Of a stretch of DNA of 64,000 bases, positions 22,627 through 34,909 are shown in pieces; within the stretch, counting starts at the first letter, position 1, and every line of letters starts with the position of its first letter. The stretch comes from Oopsacas minuta. Lineage: Eukaryota > Animalia > Porifera. The translations under genes and the position numbers were made by a program. The stretch lies in contig JAKMXF010000110.1 of the NCBI GenBank assembly GCA_024704765.1, forward strand, positions 372,001 through 436,000, in the 5' to 3' direction. The notes beneath the pieces are model-generated. The model was not told the origin of the DNA. It made no database searches and saw nothing but the letters and a program-made list of their open reading frames with translations.

Positions 22627-25600
22627 ATGGCTTCTAACCAGTCAAAGATTCCTGTTACTGAACAACCCCCAGATGAGAGTAAAACACCCTCCTTCTCCCA
22701 GACACCAGAAGGGACTAGGAAGCCTGTGACGGATCCAGGGATTGTCGGTAAGATAGTGACAGACACAGGACAGACCAAAATAGTTGAGGGACATACTATA
22801 GATCCAGCCGTTGCTAAGGTAGCTCCTAATGAAATGCAGGATGTAGTTGTAGCTCCTCAACAGGGGGCTTCTCAAGAGGTAGTTCATGTGGAAACAGAAA
22901 AACTTACAGAAACCCCCAAACCAATTTCTGTAACAGATACGAATCCACCTGTGTTAGCAACAGATCCAGGAGTACCTGGGTCGGATTCAGTTATACAAAT
23001 ACCCGTTACAGACACACAACCAGTGCTAGCTAAAGATATAGAACTACCCATTGCAACTAAGGACATGCCTGTGTTAGCTACAGATTCCGATACTTCTATT
23101 TCAGCTACAGAAACACAGCAACCAGCTACAGGCATACAGCCTGTTCCTGCTACAGAATCACGGACTTTACCTGTTTTAGCTACAAATCTCGATCCTTCTA
23201 TTTCTGCTACAGATATACAGCTGTCCGTTGTAGTTACCGATACCAAACCATCAGTACTAGCCAAAGATATTCCACCAGTTCTACCTACAGATATACAACA
23301 ACCTGTTGTAGCTACAAGTACACATGAGGAAGTTAAAATGACGTCACTACCTAGCTCATCACCAGTTACAGACATAACAGCATCTAATCAAACTATTCCA
23401 TCAGCTACAGAAGATATAAAAGAGTCTGTAATGGATATTGATAATTCTACTGACATCATCACCTCACAAGACACAGCATCAAAACCTCAAGATATTCCAT
23501 TAGATAGAGAAACTACTGTACATACATTACCTATATCTATACCTATATTACACACTGATACATCACCGAATAGCTCACACTCTGTAGAAGATAAATCTGG
23601 GGATAAACAGCTGGAACTACCAACACCTGATGTAGTATTACACACAGAAGAAATGATTACTGATAAAACAGAATGTGTTAAAGTACCTACACATGTTATA
23701 CAGGAAATGGAGGTTACAGCATCAGGAAATGTGACGGCATCAAGCTCAGATATTAAACCTGATTCCAGTAGTGTAGATTCTAAAGTTGTTATGCTTAAAG
23801 AGGGAGAAGGAGGTCATTCAGGTCAACCTATTATACCCACTGATGGTGAGGTTATGCATGTAGAAGTGGTAGAGCCTGTTGTTGAGGCTAAACAATATAT
23901 ACCTACCGATAAACAACAGGGCGAGGTTGTCATGGAAACTAAACCTAGTGTTCCAACCGATAAACAACAACAACACAGTGAAGTTATGCATACAGAAGTG
24001 GCAGAGACAGTAAGGGAGGATAAACCTATTATACCGACTGATAAACAACAACAGAGTGAAGTTATGCATACAGAAGTTGTAGAGTCTGTTCTAGCAGCTA
24101 AACCACGACAAGAAGAGAGTGCAGTTATGGATATTTCAACAGAATTACCTCAACAATTCACCTCAACCTTACAAAACGAAAAACCAACTGAAGTACAAAG
24201 TTCAGAACCTGTAGCTCCTCCAGATGAGCCAATGAGTCCTGTATGTGATATAAAGACAATGCAGATTGATCCTACTAAAGTACTTCAACCTGTAGATGAC
24301 GTACATACACCTACTCTACTCCAAAATACTCCAATAGACACTATAGTAATACCAGATAGTCCTGTATCAGCTGTTTCACAAGGTGATCCTATGGAAGTTA
24401 TTGATCTCACTTCTGATTCTTCTCCTGTTGCTTCTGCCATTCATTCTTCGAATACGCCCCCTTCTAAACGGTCCAAGGTGTCCCTCTCCTCTGGTGTAGA
24501 TCTAGATTCCTCCCCAAGCCCTGCTAAACAGACTTCAAAGATGTTCTCAGATATACACCTGCTAGAACAGCTGATTAACAACTGTGAGCTGTTGAATAAA
24601 TTCTCAGTACAAGATCAGAAGATTTGCTTCTCGTTTCTACACAAAGATGTTTGTATTGATTATACACTTATCTGTCTTGAAGAGGATTATCCACAGATTA
24701 CACTCACTGTTAATTCTAAACTAGGAGAGGTGATTTATGTTAACGGATTAGAAATACAGTTAACTCCGATTATATCAAATACGGATATATGGAAATACCC
24801 GATTTTATCGAAGTCTTAAATTGTACAAAATTGGTCCAAACCGTCCAAGTAGCATGTATTTTTCGGTTATATCGAAGTAATTATCGCGTTTCTTTGAGCT
24901 TCGATATAACATGAGTTGTCTATAGTTCAAATGTAATTTAATATTTAAGTATCGAATTATTTATATTTCCTTATTCACAGAAATCAGATATTCTATCAAA
25001 ACGTATCCCGTATGTAGCTTGGGATGTATTAAAGGATTGCTGTGAGAAGCAACATATTCCTCTCCCCGTTATCGACTCTCTCCCTCCTCAGTTAGCTGAC
25101 CTGATACAAACCTCACAAGCTCCTTATCATGCTCAAATCAGTACTCAATCCACTGCATCTCACACTAGTAATTATTCTGGAGATGATGAAGATATAGGTT
25201 TGTTGAATTGTTATTGTGTTACCTCTATAAATCGGATTACAGGTAAACAGGTGTCCTATCTCAGAGGTCCAAGAAGTACTATTCGTATAGGAATATCAAT
25301 CGGTGGAATGGGATTGTGCCGTATTTCGGAGGTGCCGCTTTGGGAGGTTTGCTTGTATTGTAAGAAACAAGTCGAAGGTCATCATACATCAATATCTACT
25401 GTCTTTTCTTTACACCTCTGAATCATGTGGAATTAGCCCTGAAAGTCTGGTAACTGGTTTCTACTAGTTGTATATTCTGGATGATGATTCATTGATCGAA
25501 CTTTCATCAGATCGTGTTAATATATATATTGTATTGAGCTATCAGGCGCATTTCGGCTCATTCATCTCTAGGTGTACGAAAATTTGGCGAATATTCCTAT

Positions 25601-28419
25601 ATCATAATGTGAAATAGAGAATCTAGGCGTATGAAAGGGATTGGAATGCATTTGTAGCCTTATGTCCCTGAACCTGGATGGAACCATGCACTAGCTGATT
25701 GTATTCTGGAGAGAATCGAATTGAGTGAGAGTTTTAACGGTAATAATGAATTATTAAGAGGATATGTAGGTGTGTTAGAAAGAAGGTATAACACATGCCA
25801 ACGTCTTTCAAGTTGTCTAGCTTGATGAAAGCACGGGTTTACTGACCTTCGCGTATTTGTTGTACACACAGTGACATAATACTTTGATATGAGATGTTTG
25901 TGACATTGAATGCTGAGTAATGTTATTGAATGGAATAGTTCATTTGATGTTATAGAAGAAATGTCAAACACATTACCAATTAGATCTGTTGTTTTTGTCT
26001 AGGCTAAGATTGTTGTATCCTACTGACAGCTGACATACTACGTATATTTAGTTTATAGCTTCATGTATAACTATACCTTATTGATTGAGAGGATACGACC
26101 TCCTTTCTGTGTTAACAACAATGGAAGTTGGAATGCAGCATTATCTTCTACTCCTATTTACTGGTCCTGTAATGGCCTTTTTAACAAATTTAGATATGGT
26201 TGAAATTTCCCAATACCTTGTTCTATACAATTTACAACTCAAACTAACAAGGTGTATAGATCACTGGATACTGTATTTTATAATACATTAAAATATTTAT
26301 ACAGATTTGCTGGTATTAATGTTTGTATAGATCCTTCAGATGATGATGATTATAATGAGTTCGATGAGATAGATGAAGAGGTTGCTATGAATGCTCTACT
26401 TGATAAAGACATAGATAGAGTTAGACAGAAGTATGGTAAAGATGCTCTGGAGACCAGGAATTACGGAGGGATTGGTGATATCGATATTGACTTGATTGTT
26501 GATATGAACTTCTTAGAACCTGAGATAGCTCGGGCTTGGGGAGTTAAGCATACAATACCTCTGACATTTCGTCTTAGTCTGAGCGCGGAACATTATCTAG
26601 ATGGTGCTGATATCAAGGTGGAAGTATTCCAGGAAGACAAGGGGAACACTAAAGGTAAGATTCTTAGAATTAATTTATTACGAATATTATTTACTAAAAT
26701 AAATAGACTTATATTTTGATGAAATTTGGTGATTTGTATTTAGCATAAATCACCATTTTTAACAAAACAAGACCTTAGACTTCATTTTCATTTTCTTATA
26801 ATTGTAGGAATATGCAAACAGCTTGAGAAGATAGTCAGTCAGTTCATCTCTACAAGCACTAAAGTAATCAAGAATCCTCTCTGTAATTCTAAGGTAGAAG
26901 AGGCAGTAGAAGCTTACAACACTTTGGAACAGAGACTGGCAGTAAAGAGAAAGGCTATCTCAAAGAGCGGAGGTCTTATCCCAGAGAAGAAAGGATTAAT
27001 CGCTCAATTCATGGATAAATTCACTAAAGACAAGCAAGTAGATTGTGATATGTTAATAGCTCAGCTGGTAGAGATGGGATGGGAGACAGAGCTAGCAGTA
27101 CATGCACTAGAGGAGTGTAATATGGATCTAGAGAAAGCACTAAACTATCTGTCTGAAGAGAAAATTATTGATGAGAGTGATTTGGTATGTTTGTATTGTA
27201 GTTAGTGTTTACATATACCTCAATGTATATCTAAATACCCCCTCTCTTATAGGAGAATCCTAAGACATTTGATAAACAGAAGTCCAGAGGAGCTGAGGTA
27301 TCAGGTCTAGATTGGATGTCTGATATTTCAGACACGAATGAAGCAGCTTTGAAATCTAAAATGTTCCCTCCTCTCTCTCACGGGTTCCTATGTCAAGTAA
27401 TACACTATATTCTCAATAGAGTACCAACTCTAAATGATTTCTGTGTTATCTGTGATGAAACTCATCTCTTCGCAAACGGTGCTATGTTAAAACCAACCGT
27501 ATGTGCTCGTGAATTGTGCTCCTTCGCCTTCCAGACGCTGGGTGTAATGGCTGATGTAGCAGACTCTATTGCTACAGGACCGGAAGTTGTTGAGTTACTG
27601 GTTGCTATGTGTAACGCCGCTAGCCTATCCAATAGACGAGAAGATATTTTAGACCCATACCCAACGGTTGTAGACCCTACCAATCCGAAACAATTCGCAT
27701 TACACCCGAAAGAGAAAAATTTCAAAAAAGTTGAGAAGGCTATGGGATTTGTATTACAAGAATTGAAGGCACTCCCTACTGTATTGAAAGATCGATTAGA
27801 TAGTTTAGATCAAAATTCATTTCCTCTGTTACAATGGGTTCTAGCTAGCAATAGATGTCATATAGTTAAGCTATCACCAGATAGACAAATAAAGTCTATG
27901 GGAACTACACACCAGTTTTTACTACTGTCAGCTCCGCCAGCTAAAGAAGCAGAATTCAGGAAACTTAAACTGAAAAACAAAAGTATTTACGCTTTCCATG
28001 GTTCTAGACTTGAAAACTGGCACTCTATTATGAGGAACGGATTGATGAACGCTTCTGGTACCAAATTTCAACTGAATGGTGCAGCTTACGGATCTGGGAT
28101 CTATCTTAGCCCTCATGCGTCCGTATCCTTTGGGTACTCAGGGATACACGGAGGACATGCATCAACAGCTGACAAGAAGAAGGGCAGACCGACTATGCTG
28201 TCATCACAAAATCTAAACTGTATCGCATTATGTGAAGTTATTGACTCTTCTAAAATAAAGAAATCTGGTAACATATGGGTATTGGGAGAAGCTGACCACG
28301 TAGTTACACGGTTCTTTTTCGTGTATGAAGATAATACAACAGGTGATACGAACTTTGATACAAGGGAAGACAAATATATTAAAGAGATTGAAAATGCTGT
28401 GAAGAGTTTGATAAGCTAA
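22627..28419 (+). CDS. PARP6/8: PARP6/PARP8-like mono-ADP-ribosyltransferase with long repetitive N-terminus and UBA-like insert; 5 exons, about 1395 aa
   Basis: Exons 22627-24729, 24981-25197, 26331-26654, 26808-27184 and 27253-28419 (4188 nt, phases 0/1/1/0). PARP6/8 N-domain DIDRVRQKYG..RNYGGIGDIDIDL..FLEPEIARAWGV..YLDG; Cys motif FCVICDETH..KPTVCARELCSF; catalytic FHGSRLENWHSIMRNGL..YGSGIYLSP..SFGYS..ALCEV..NIWV. Linkage of exons 1-2 to the PARP exons is inferred from splice phase. Confidence 0.85.
23830..24100 (+). repeat. Coding tandem repeats in PARP exon 1: (K)P(I/S)IPTDKQQ(Q)xEVMHTEV.E
   Basis: About 4 imperfect units: PIIPTDGEVMHVEVVEP / QYIPTDKQQGEVVME / PSVPTDKQQQHSEVMHTEVAE / PIIPTDKQQQSEVMHTEVVE. 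A second T-D..PVLA(T/K)D repeat family lies at about 22930-23320. Confidence 0.85.
24757..24922. mobile_element. MITE family A copy (reverse orientation) in PARP intron 1
   Basis: TA|CAGTTAACTCCGATTATATC..TTGTACAAAATTGGTCCAAACCGTC..ATCGCG..TTGAGCTTCGATATAACATGAGTTGTCTA|TA. Confidence 0.8.
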
Positions 28420-29910
28420 TTGTCTGATAGCTGAATATATCATTGATTTCAACAATTGTGTAAAATGTATAAATATTGTATGTACAATTGTTAGTATAGA
28501 TTGCCCGAGTAGAAAGCTGCCATTTGAATATTTAACATTATGTCTTATGTTAGTTTATTTTCGTAATTATTCTTATGTCATGTTTTTTTTGAATGTGCAT
28601 GCATTTCAATTAATTTGGATTTACAGTTATATTATTAATTAAATAATTCATAGCTGTGTCATCATACATAGGGTGTAGTTATTGGAATTTGTATTATATT
28701 AGGGCATTAGAAATATGCTTTTTTTGATGATTTTTAAATTCAGTTTGACGTATTTTGAAATGTAGAAATATAATTAATTTGACATCAACGACACTATAGA
28801 TATGGATGATCCTGTTTGTTATAATTAAATTTACATAATTCCTTATTCTGGTTTAAAGAATTTGTTTTAATTCGATATTATTCCATTTACATTTTGTGAA
28901 AACATCTGTTAGCAATTCTAACTGCCTTGGTTTCTATTACTTCAGAGTTAGCACCTGAAATAGAATTCGTGTAAATTACACAATGCAAATATCAGATATT
29001 TGCTTGCTGTAAGTGGAATATTATCATATTGTATTTTAAGACATTCTAACTAAATATATATGTGAAATGCTATCAATCTGAGTTGTATACAGTATGATGT
29101 ACACCCAGTTTTGATAATATGTGACCTCACATCTCATATTATTGGACGTACAATTCATATAAGATTTAATCATATTGAATTATTCATACCATTTGGATAT
29201 GAGATATTCTTTAAGAAGATAGATATATGGTCCCATCACGATCACCTTTCTTCTCGGTACGGATATTATTAGTACCTGCTATACATGAGGTATCACCAGT
29301 GTGCTATCTTATTTATGCTCCAAGAGTTACTATATATCTTCATTGTTATGTACTTGGAATTTCGGCGTTTCGACACTGCACCAGATGGTAATAATACTAT
29401 TTTTAGAAATGAATATTTAATGATTAATTAAGTTTGCACTTTGCTAATGTTGTATAATACGATCTAAGTATAAGTAATATTGCATTACATTAAAATACGT
29501 TACCTTATTAATTAGTTTTATTTTCGCGTAATAATTCTATTATTTCATCTATTCAGTATTATTAACTATTTGAATTCATATTTCCTTTTCAGTCCTTCTC
29601 ACTAGACCAAATTAGCAAAGACATCAGGCAAGGTATTGCGCAATTGGCAATATTCTTGTTAGTAATAACAATTGAATAACTATTGTGCATGGACGAATAT
29701 TCACACAAAATCAGGTGTGTGCATATTTGTCTGTCTTATCCGTATATTAGTAGTGACGAGGTTCCATTGTTTTTGTCTTTATTTATGAAGAAAGTTGAGT
29801 TTAAATACTTTTAATTTATTGCCCAAATCATACATCAATAAATTGCTGCATTCGCAATGTAAAAATAAAATATGTATAATTAAGCAGGGAGTAATCAGAA
29901 AAGTTATTTA

Positions 29911-30483
29911 TCATATCTTATCTTTGTCAAGCAGCTGATTTAGTTCATTACAGATTAGTTGCAGATTGTCATTGTAGGGTTCACCCTTGTGAAACAATTT
30001 ATCTAAAACATCTGGATCGTAGAAGAACGAGAAGGCCTCACTTAGTTTCTTTCTAGACTTTTCCTTGATTTTCGTTTTGATGCATGTCATAAGGACTCCC
30101 TCTGCTTCTTGTGCCTCTTTAATTAGGTGATCTGGGCTGTAAGACCAATCTACCTGATGGAAGCTAAGCACTGTTAATGCAATGCGTTTGAATTTCCCAC
30201 GGAACTCCCTTATCTGTTCCATTTGTTTCTCACTGAACTCTTTGTTTAGGATCATAATCCCGATTTTGAAGGAACACTTTACGATCGATTTTATCCTTTT
30301 ATCAGCTTCCTTCGCTCCTATTTCACGCTCCATAACTCGTAATGCTTGATCAAGCAAGCGGTTATAATCGTCATCAAGTATCATCTTAGTTAGCGCCTTT
30401 GAATTCGCCATTTTACTAACAATTTTCTTCTCGCAAAGAGTTATAATCTTTCTAGAATTGCTCTCTGAACCGACTGCTGCCAT
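29911..30483 (-). CDS. TNFAIP8: TNFAIP8/TIPE family protein (DUF758), intronless
   Basis: NSRKIITLCEKKIVSKMA..MILDDDYNRLLDQ..KEADKRIKSIVKCSFKIGIM..EF..FRGKFKRIALTVLSFHQVDWSY..FSFFYDPDVLDKLF..L.LIC.ELNQLLD matches the TIPE family pattern. The first ATG is at 30483; the ORF track start at 30495 is TTG. Confidence 0.92.
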   Translation of the reverse strand: MAAVGSESNSRKIITLCEKKIVSKMANSKALTKMILDDDYNRLLDQALRVMEREIGAKEADKRIKSIVKCSFKIGIMILNKEFSEKQMEQIREFRGKFKRIALTVLSFHQVDWSYSPDHLIKEAQEAEGVLMTCIKTKIKEKSRKKLSEAFSFFYDPDVLDKLFHKGEPYNDNLQLICNELNQLLDKDKI

Positions 30484-30986
30484 TATTATTTTCAATATAC
30501 TGATATAGGTTATTGTGTATATAACAATAGCATTTCTAACTTCTATTTATTCGATTTAGAACTGCATAATGCCATTATACCATGCTTCTACAATTTCATC
30601 ATTACCTTATCAATTGTTCCGATCAGCAGTAGTGGTAATACGATACTTACTTATTCAAATGTATGTCGCCAGCTAAATTTATCGTTCATAGAAACCTTTA
30701 CTGTAACTTCTTAGAGATTAATTAATTTCCTCATTTAGAGGCAGATATTACTGCAATTTTTGTGAGTATATTCTCATAAATTTTTGCTCAAATAGGCATT
30801 CTATTTGCGCATATAAACATACGTACATACATTTATAGATATTTAATATTTTCATCTTCTAATTTTAAGTATTCTATATAGGAATTTACAGATAAATACT
30901 ATTTATTTCTGATACAATAGTTACTATAGAAATTTATAATTCAATACTTTTATGACGTCATGTTGTTGAATAGGCTATTTAGCTAA
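30484..30986. promoter_or_regulatory. Putative bidirectional promoter between head-to-head TNFAIP8 and KDM4
   Basis: About 500 bp separate the divergent start codons. No specific elements identified; inferred from gene geometry only. Confidence 0.4.
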
Positions 30987-33900
30987 ATGGAAAAGTGTGA
31001 ATGGGAGTTAGAAGATGGCGTTATGGTATTCAAACCAACTATGGACCAGTTCAGAGATTTCTCAAGTTTCATTTCGTGTATGGAAGCCGCGGGCGCGCAT
31101 GAAAAGGGCCTCGCGAAAGTTATTCCACCCAAAGAATGGTCGCCTAATACATGCAATTACTCGGAGATTGACTTCTCGATTCCATGTCCAATTCTCCAGC
31201 TGGTGAGTGGATCTCAAGGCGTTTATCAAATGTACAATATACAGAAGAAACCAACTAATTTCAAATCTTTCCGTAAACTCACACTATCTGACGAGTACAA
31301 GAGTCCTAAAACACAGGATATTGATGAGTTGGAGAGGAAATATTGGAAGAATGTTACTTTCAATCAAGTTATATACGGAGCTGATGTATCAGGTACTCTA
31401 TTTGATAGTGACGTCAATATTTGGAATATCAGGTATAGTAAAACTTCAATAAACAGGACCTGTAGAAACGGAGTGAAAAATGGATAGAGCGAATTTCTAA
31501 TCACATATAAATGAAAACATTTTGGCGTTCCTAACACACCGTTTGTGGAAGTTACAATGTATACTCATATCATAAATGTTAGGATATATACAGTGAAATT
31601 GTGAAAGTGGCCAGATGCGAAAACTCTGGATATTACGTACGATTTTCAGCCCCTTTCAATGAAGTTTTTAAGACATATCTAAAATTTCAAATCTGAATTT
31701 AATAATCCATCATCCAACATTTTTACTAAATTCATTGCGTTTCATAAATACATATTTTATAAGATTTATCCTCTTCTAGCAAGCTAGACAGTATCCTACA
31801 GGAAATACCACGGGAGACAGGTATCAAGATCCCTGGTGTATGTACTGCCTATCTGTATTTCGGCATGTGGAGATCTACATTTGGTTGGCACATAGAAGAC
31901 ATGGATCTATACAGTATAAACTATTTACACTACGGGGCTCCTAAAGTCTGGTATGGAATTCCTGCTACTGACGCTCATAAACTCGAACAACTTTCCCGCT
32001 CATTTTTCCCTGACCACTTCAGAGACTGTCCTGCCTTTCTACGTCATAAAATGACAGTCATCTCCCCCACTGTTTTGAAGAAATACTCTGTTCCTTTCTC
32101 ACGAGTTGTTCAGAGAGAAGGGCAGATAGTAATCTCGTTCCCTAGGGCTTACCATTCAGGATTCAACCTAGGATTGAATATAGCAGAAAGCACAAACTTT
32201 GCGACACAAGGATGGATCGATATAGGAAAGAAAGCTGTTGTATGTCACTGTGATCCTGATGGAGTACATATCGATATGGATTTGTTTATTAAGAAATACC
32301 AACCTGAACAGTATCAAGCTTATTTAGCTCAGAAGAAGAAATCGAATCAAGACAAGGGACGTGCTGGTAAGAACAAATCTACTAAATTAGCATCTACAAA
32401 TAGCGGCCTATTAGAAAAGGAGTTAGATACACTGACTGATAAAGATCAAAAGTTAGAAGCTAAAATGAATGACTGGTGCTCTAAATTCTCCGGTTTATGG
32501 AAGGGACAGTCTCCAGACAATTTCGTGTTTGAATCCGCATTTAACCTGGTCATGAGTCAGAAGGGAAGTAGATGTTCCATATGTGCGCTATTCGAGGACC
32601 CCTCTCCTTTCCAGGGATTCTCACGTGAGGAGCTACTCACGACCTACTGGGCGTTAAAGCGTAACAAAAAAGGCGGGTTAATGAATCCTGACACTATTTT
32701 AGAAAGTCTCAAGGCTCCCTCCTCGCCTGTTGATATGGATTGGAAACATATATCAAATCAGATAGTAACTAAAAAGAAAATTTTCCCTAAAAAACGTGGA
32801 GGCAAGAGAATAGATCGTTCGCCTCTCCCTCAACTTGATCCCCCTGAAATAAATAAGATAATCTCCCAGGAATTACGGAGTCCCCTCTCCCCGACCTGTA
32901 CAGAAGATCTACTTAATTCTACAAGAGCTACTTATGGATCAGATAGCCAAACTTCATCTTATCTATTCGATCAATTTTCTGAGTGTAAATCGAAATCTGA
33001 TACAGTAGTAGATAGCTGTATTGTGTTAGAGAATAGTGAGACTTTCTCTCTAGCAGAAGAGACTGTATTTGCCCTCAAGAGTGACTCAAGTAACGGTGCT
33101 ATTAACGGAGATAAGAAGCCCAGACTCTCTGAAACTTGCCCTAGCCCTGACTTGACTCAGTCCTATGACCTACCAAGGTCTACATACAGTTTTCATAACG
33201 CTCTTGCTATTCCTAGTAGAGAAAAGGTAAACTCAAAATCATCTCTCAAATGTCAATCAGATGACAGCTCTGATGAAGAAGACGAGGAGATAATACAATG
33301 TATCCACTGTAGAATAGCAGTACATCCTTCTTGCTATGGACTACGGATTGATGACGTCAGACCTAACTGGTTATGTAGTAGATGTCAGTTGAAATCATAT
33401 GTAGCTCAGTGTGAGCTCTGTCAGTTGAGAGGTGGACCTCTTAAGCCTACTTCTAATGGGAAATGGGCTCATGTGACGTGTGCAGTAGTTGTACCTGAAG
33501 TTTTATTCGGGGACCCAGACAAGCGAGAGCCAGTGAATATCAGTTGCATTCCGAAGTCCCGATGGCGTATTAAGTGTCTATACTGTAACACACACGGTGC
33601 TAAAGGAGGAGCTAGCCTACAGTGTGGATACAGGAAATGTTCATCATCTTTCCATGTAACATGTGCACAATATAACGGTATAGTACACTGGGCACCGGAT
33701 AATGATGGTAGTAAAGGTATACGTGCTAATTGTCCTCGACACGATAAGGATAAACAGGAGGAGGTTAGACGCGAGCAAAAGTTGATACCAATCGGTGATC
33801 CTGTTATCGCTAAAATTAACACTACAAAATACACTCAAGCTGAGGTGATTGAGAGAAATGAACAACCTTGCTTTGAGGTAGAATTCATAGAAGATGAATC

Positions 33901-34195
33901 AGTATGTTTTAACGTCCCCCCTAGTGATATACAATCAGATTCTACAAGTATTAATAAAATAGTCAAAGTTAAATGGAGTGATGGCTTGCTATATGATGGA
34001 ATTATTAAAGCTGAACATAAAGAATTGATCTATACAATCAAATTTGATAACGGTTCTGTAAATACTTTCCCTCGAGATGAGATATACACACTGCAAGATA
34101 AATTACCGAAAAAGGTTCAATCTAAATTGTGTAAGGTACAAGAGAGTGCAAAGTTCGAAGAAACTACTAATTTAATGGAAAGTTCAATTCAGTAG
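30987..34195 (+). CDS. KDM4: Lysine-specific demethylase 4 (KDM4/JMJD2): JmjN-JmjC-PHD-ePHD-double Tudor; 2 exons, about 953 aa
   Basis: Exons 30987-31432 and 31780-34195. JmjN VMVFKPTMDQFRDF..GLAKVIPPKEW; JmjC IPGVCTAYLYFGMWRSTFGWHIEDMDLYSINYLHYGAPKVWY..FLRHK..AYHSGFNLG.NIAESTNFA with H-x-E..H iron ligands; PHD C..C..AVHPSCYG..CSRC; WAHVTCA..ePHD; tandem Tudor. Confidence 0.95.
31436..31559. mobile_element. MITE family C copy at the 5' end of the single KDM4 intron
   Basis: Right end GGCGTTCCTAACACACCGTTTGTGGAAGTTACAATG|TA is the reverse complement of the 3447 copy's left end. The left end TAGTAAAACTTCAATAAACAGG is degenerate. Confidence 0.65.
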
Positions 34196-34537
34196 CAGAT
34201 ATACACTTACCTTGTTATAAGGCAAACAAAACTTCAGTTCAAAGTTCAGTCAAGTTCTTCAATTCACAGGTTCGATTTAATAGCTATAAGAGCTGTATTC
34301 CTATGTACGTAGTATGACGATTCGTTATTATTGTGAAACGAATATTTCTTAAAATTATTATTTCTTATTGTAATAATCTTTCTTGTTTCTTGATTTCTCT
34401 GAGTTTTTGAGTAACTGACTTAGAATAGAGATTCTAGTTTCAAACCCCAAGAATACTCTTTGGAAAGACCAGTTTAGAGAGACGAAAATCTTTTCAAAAG
34501 TAAACCTTTTACCAAATATACTTATACATTCACTACA

Positions 34538-34703
34538 CAGTCAACTCCCGTTATATCGAAGCTCAATGGGCCACGATTATCACTTCGATATCCGCGGAGT
34601 TCGGAATAACCGATGAAAATTATGTTACTAATGACGGTTTGAGACCATATTTGTACAATTTATACTTCGATATATCCGTGTTCGATATAACTGGAGTTGA
34701 TTC
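34538..34703. mobile_element. MITE family A copy upstream of AREL1-like gene
   Basis: CAGTCAACTCCCGTTATATCGAAGCTCAATGGGCC..GTTCGATATAACTGGAGTTGATTC; near-complete TIRs. Confidence 0.85.
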
Positions 34704-34909
34704 TACTATTTACAGGGGCCTGCACAAACGATCAGGCTATGGCCGGGTCTGACCACTTAAATATAGACTAAGTCAATGGCCTTCCGGTTGCCCGCTATTT
34801 CACACCTTCCACCGCCCTTGATTTGTATCCATATTTTACGACATTTTCATGTCCTAAGTGACCCTGGTTTAGATATAACCTAACTTTCAATTTCTTCTAA
34901 ATCTCTAGC

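Noticed and set aside
22603-24819. 738-aa ORF as a stand-alone mucin-like gene
   Set aside because: Its last 30 codons are intron and MITE family A sequence. A donor at 24730 and a phase-matched acceptor at 24981 link it onward to the PARP exons.
31433-31779. Idea that the KDM4 intron was created by the MITE (introner)
   Set aside because: The MITE covers only about the first third of the intron, and the acceptor lies about 220 bp beyond its end. Insertion into a pre-existing intron is simpler.
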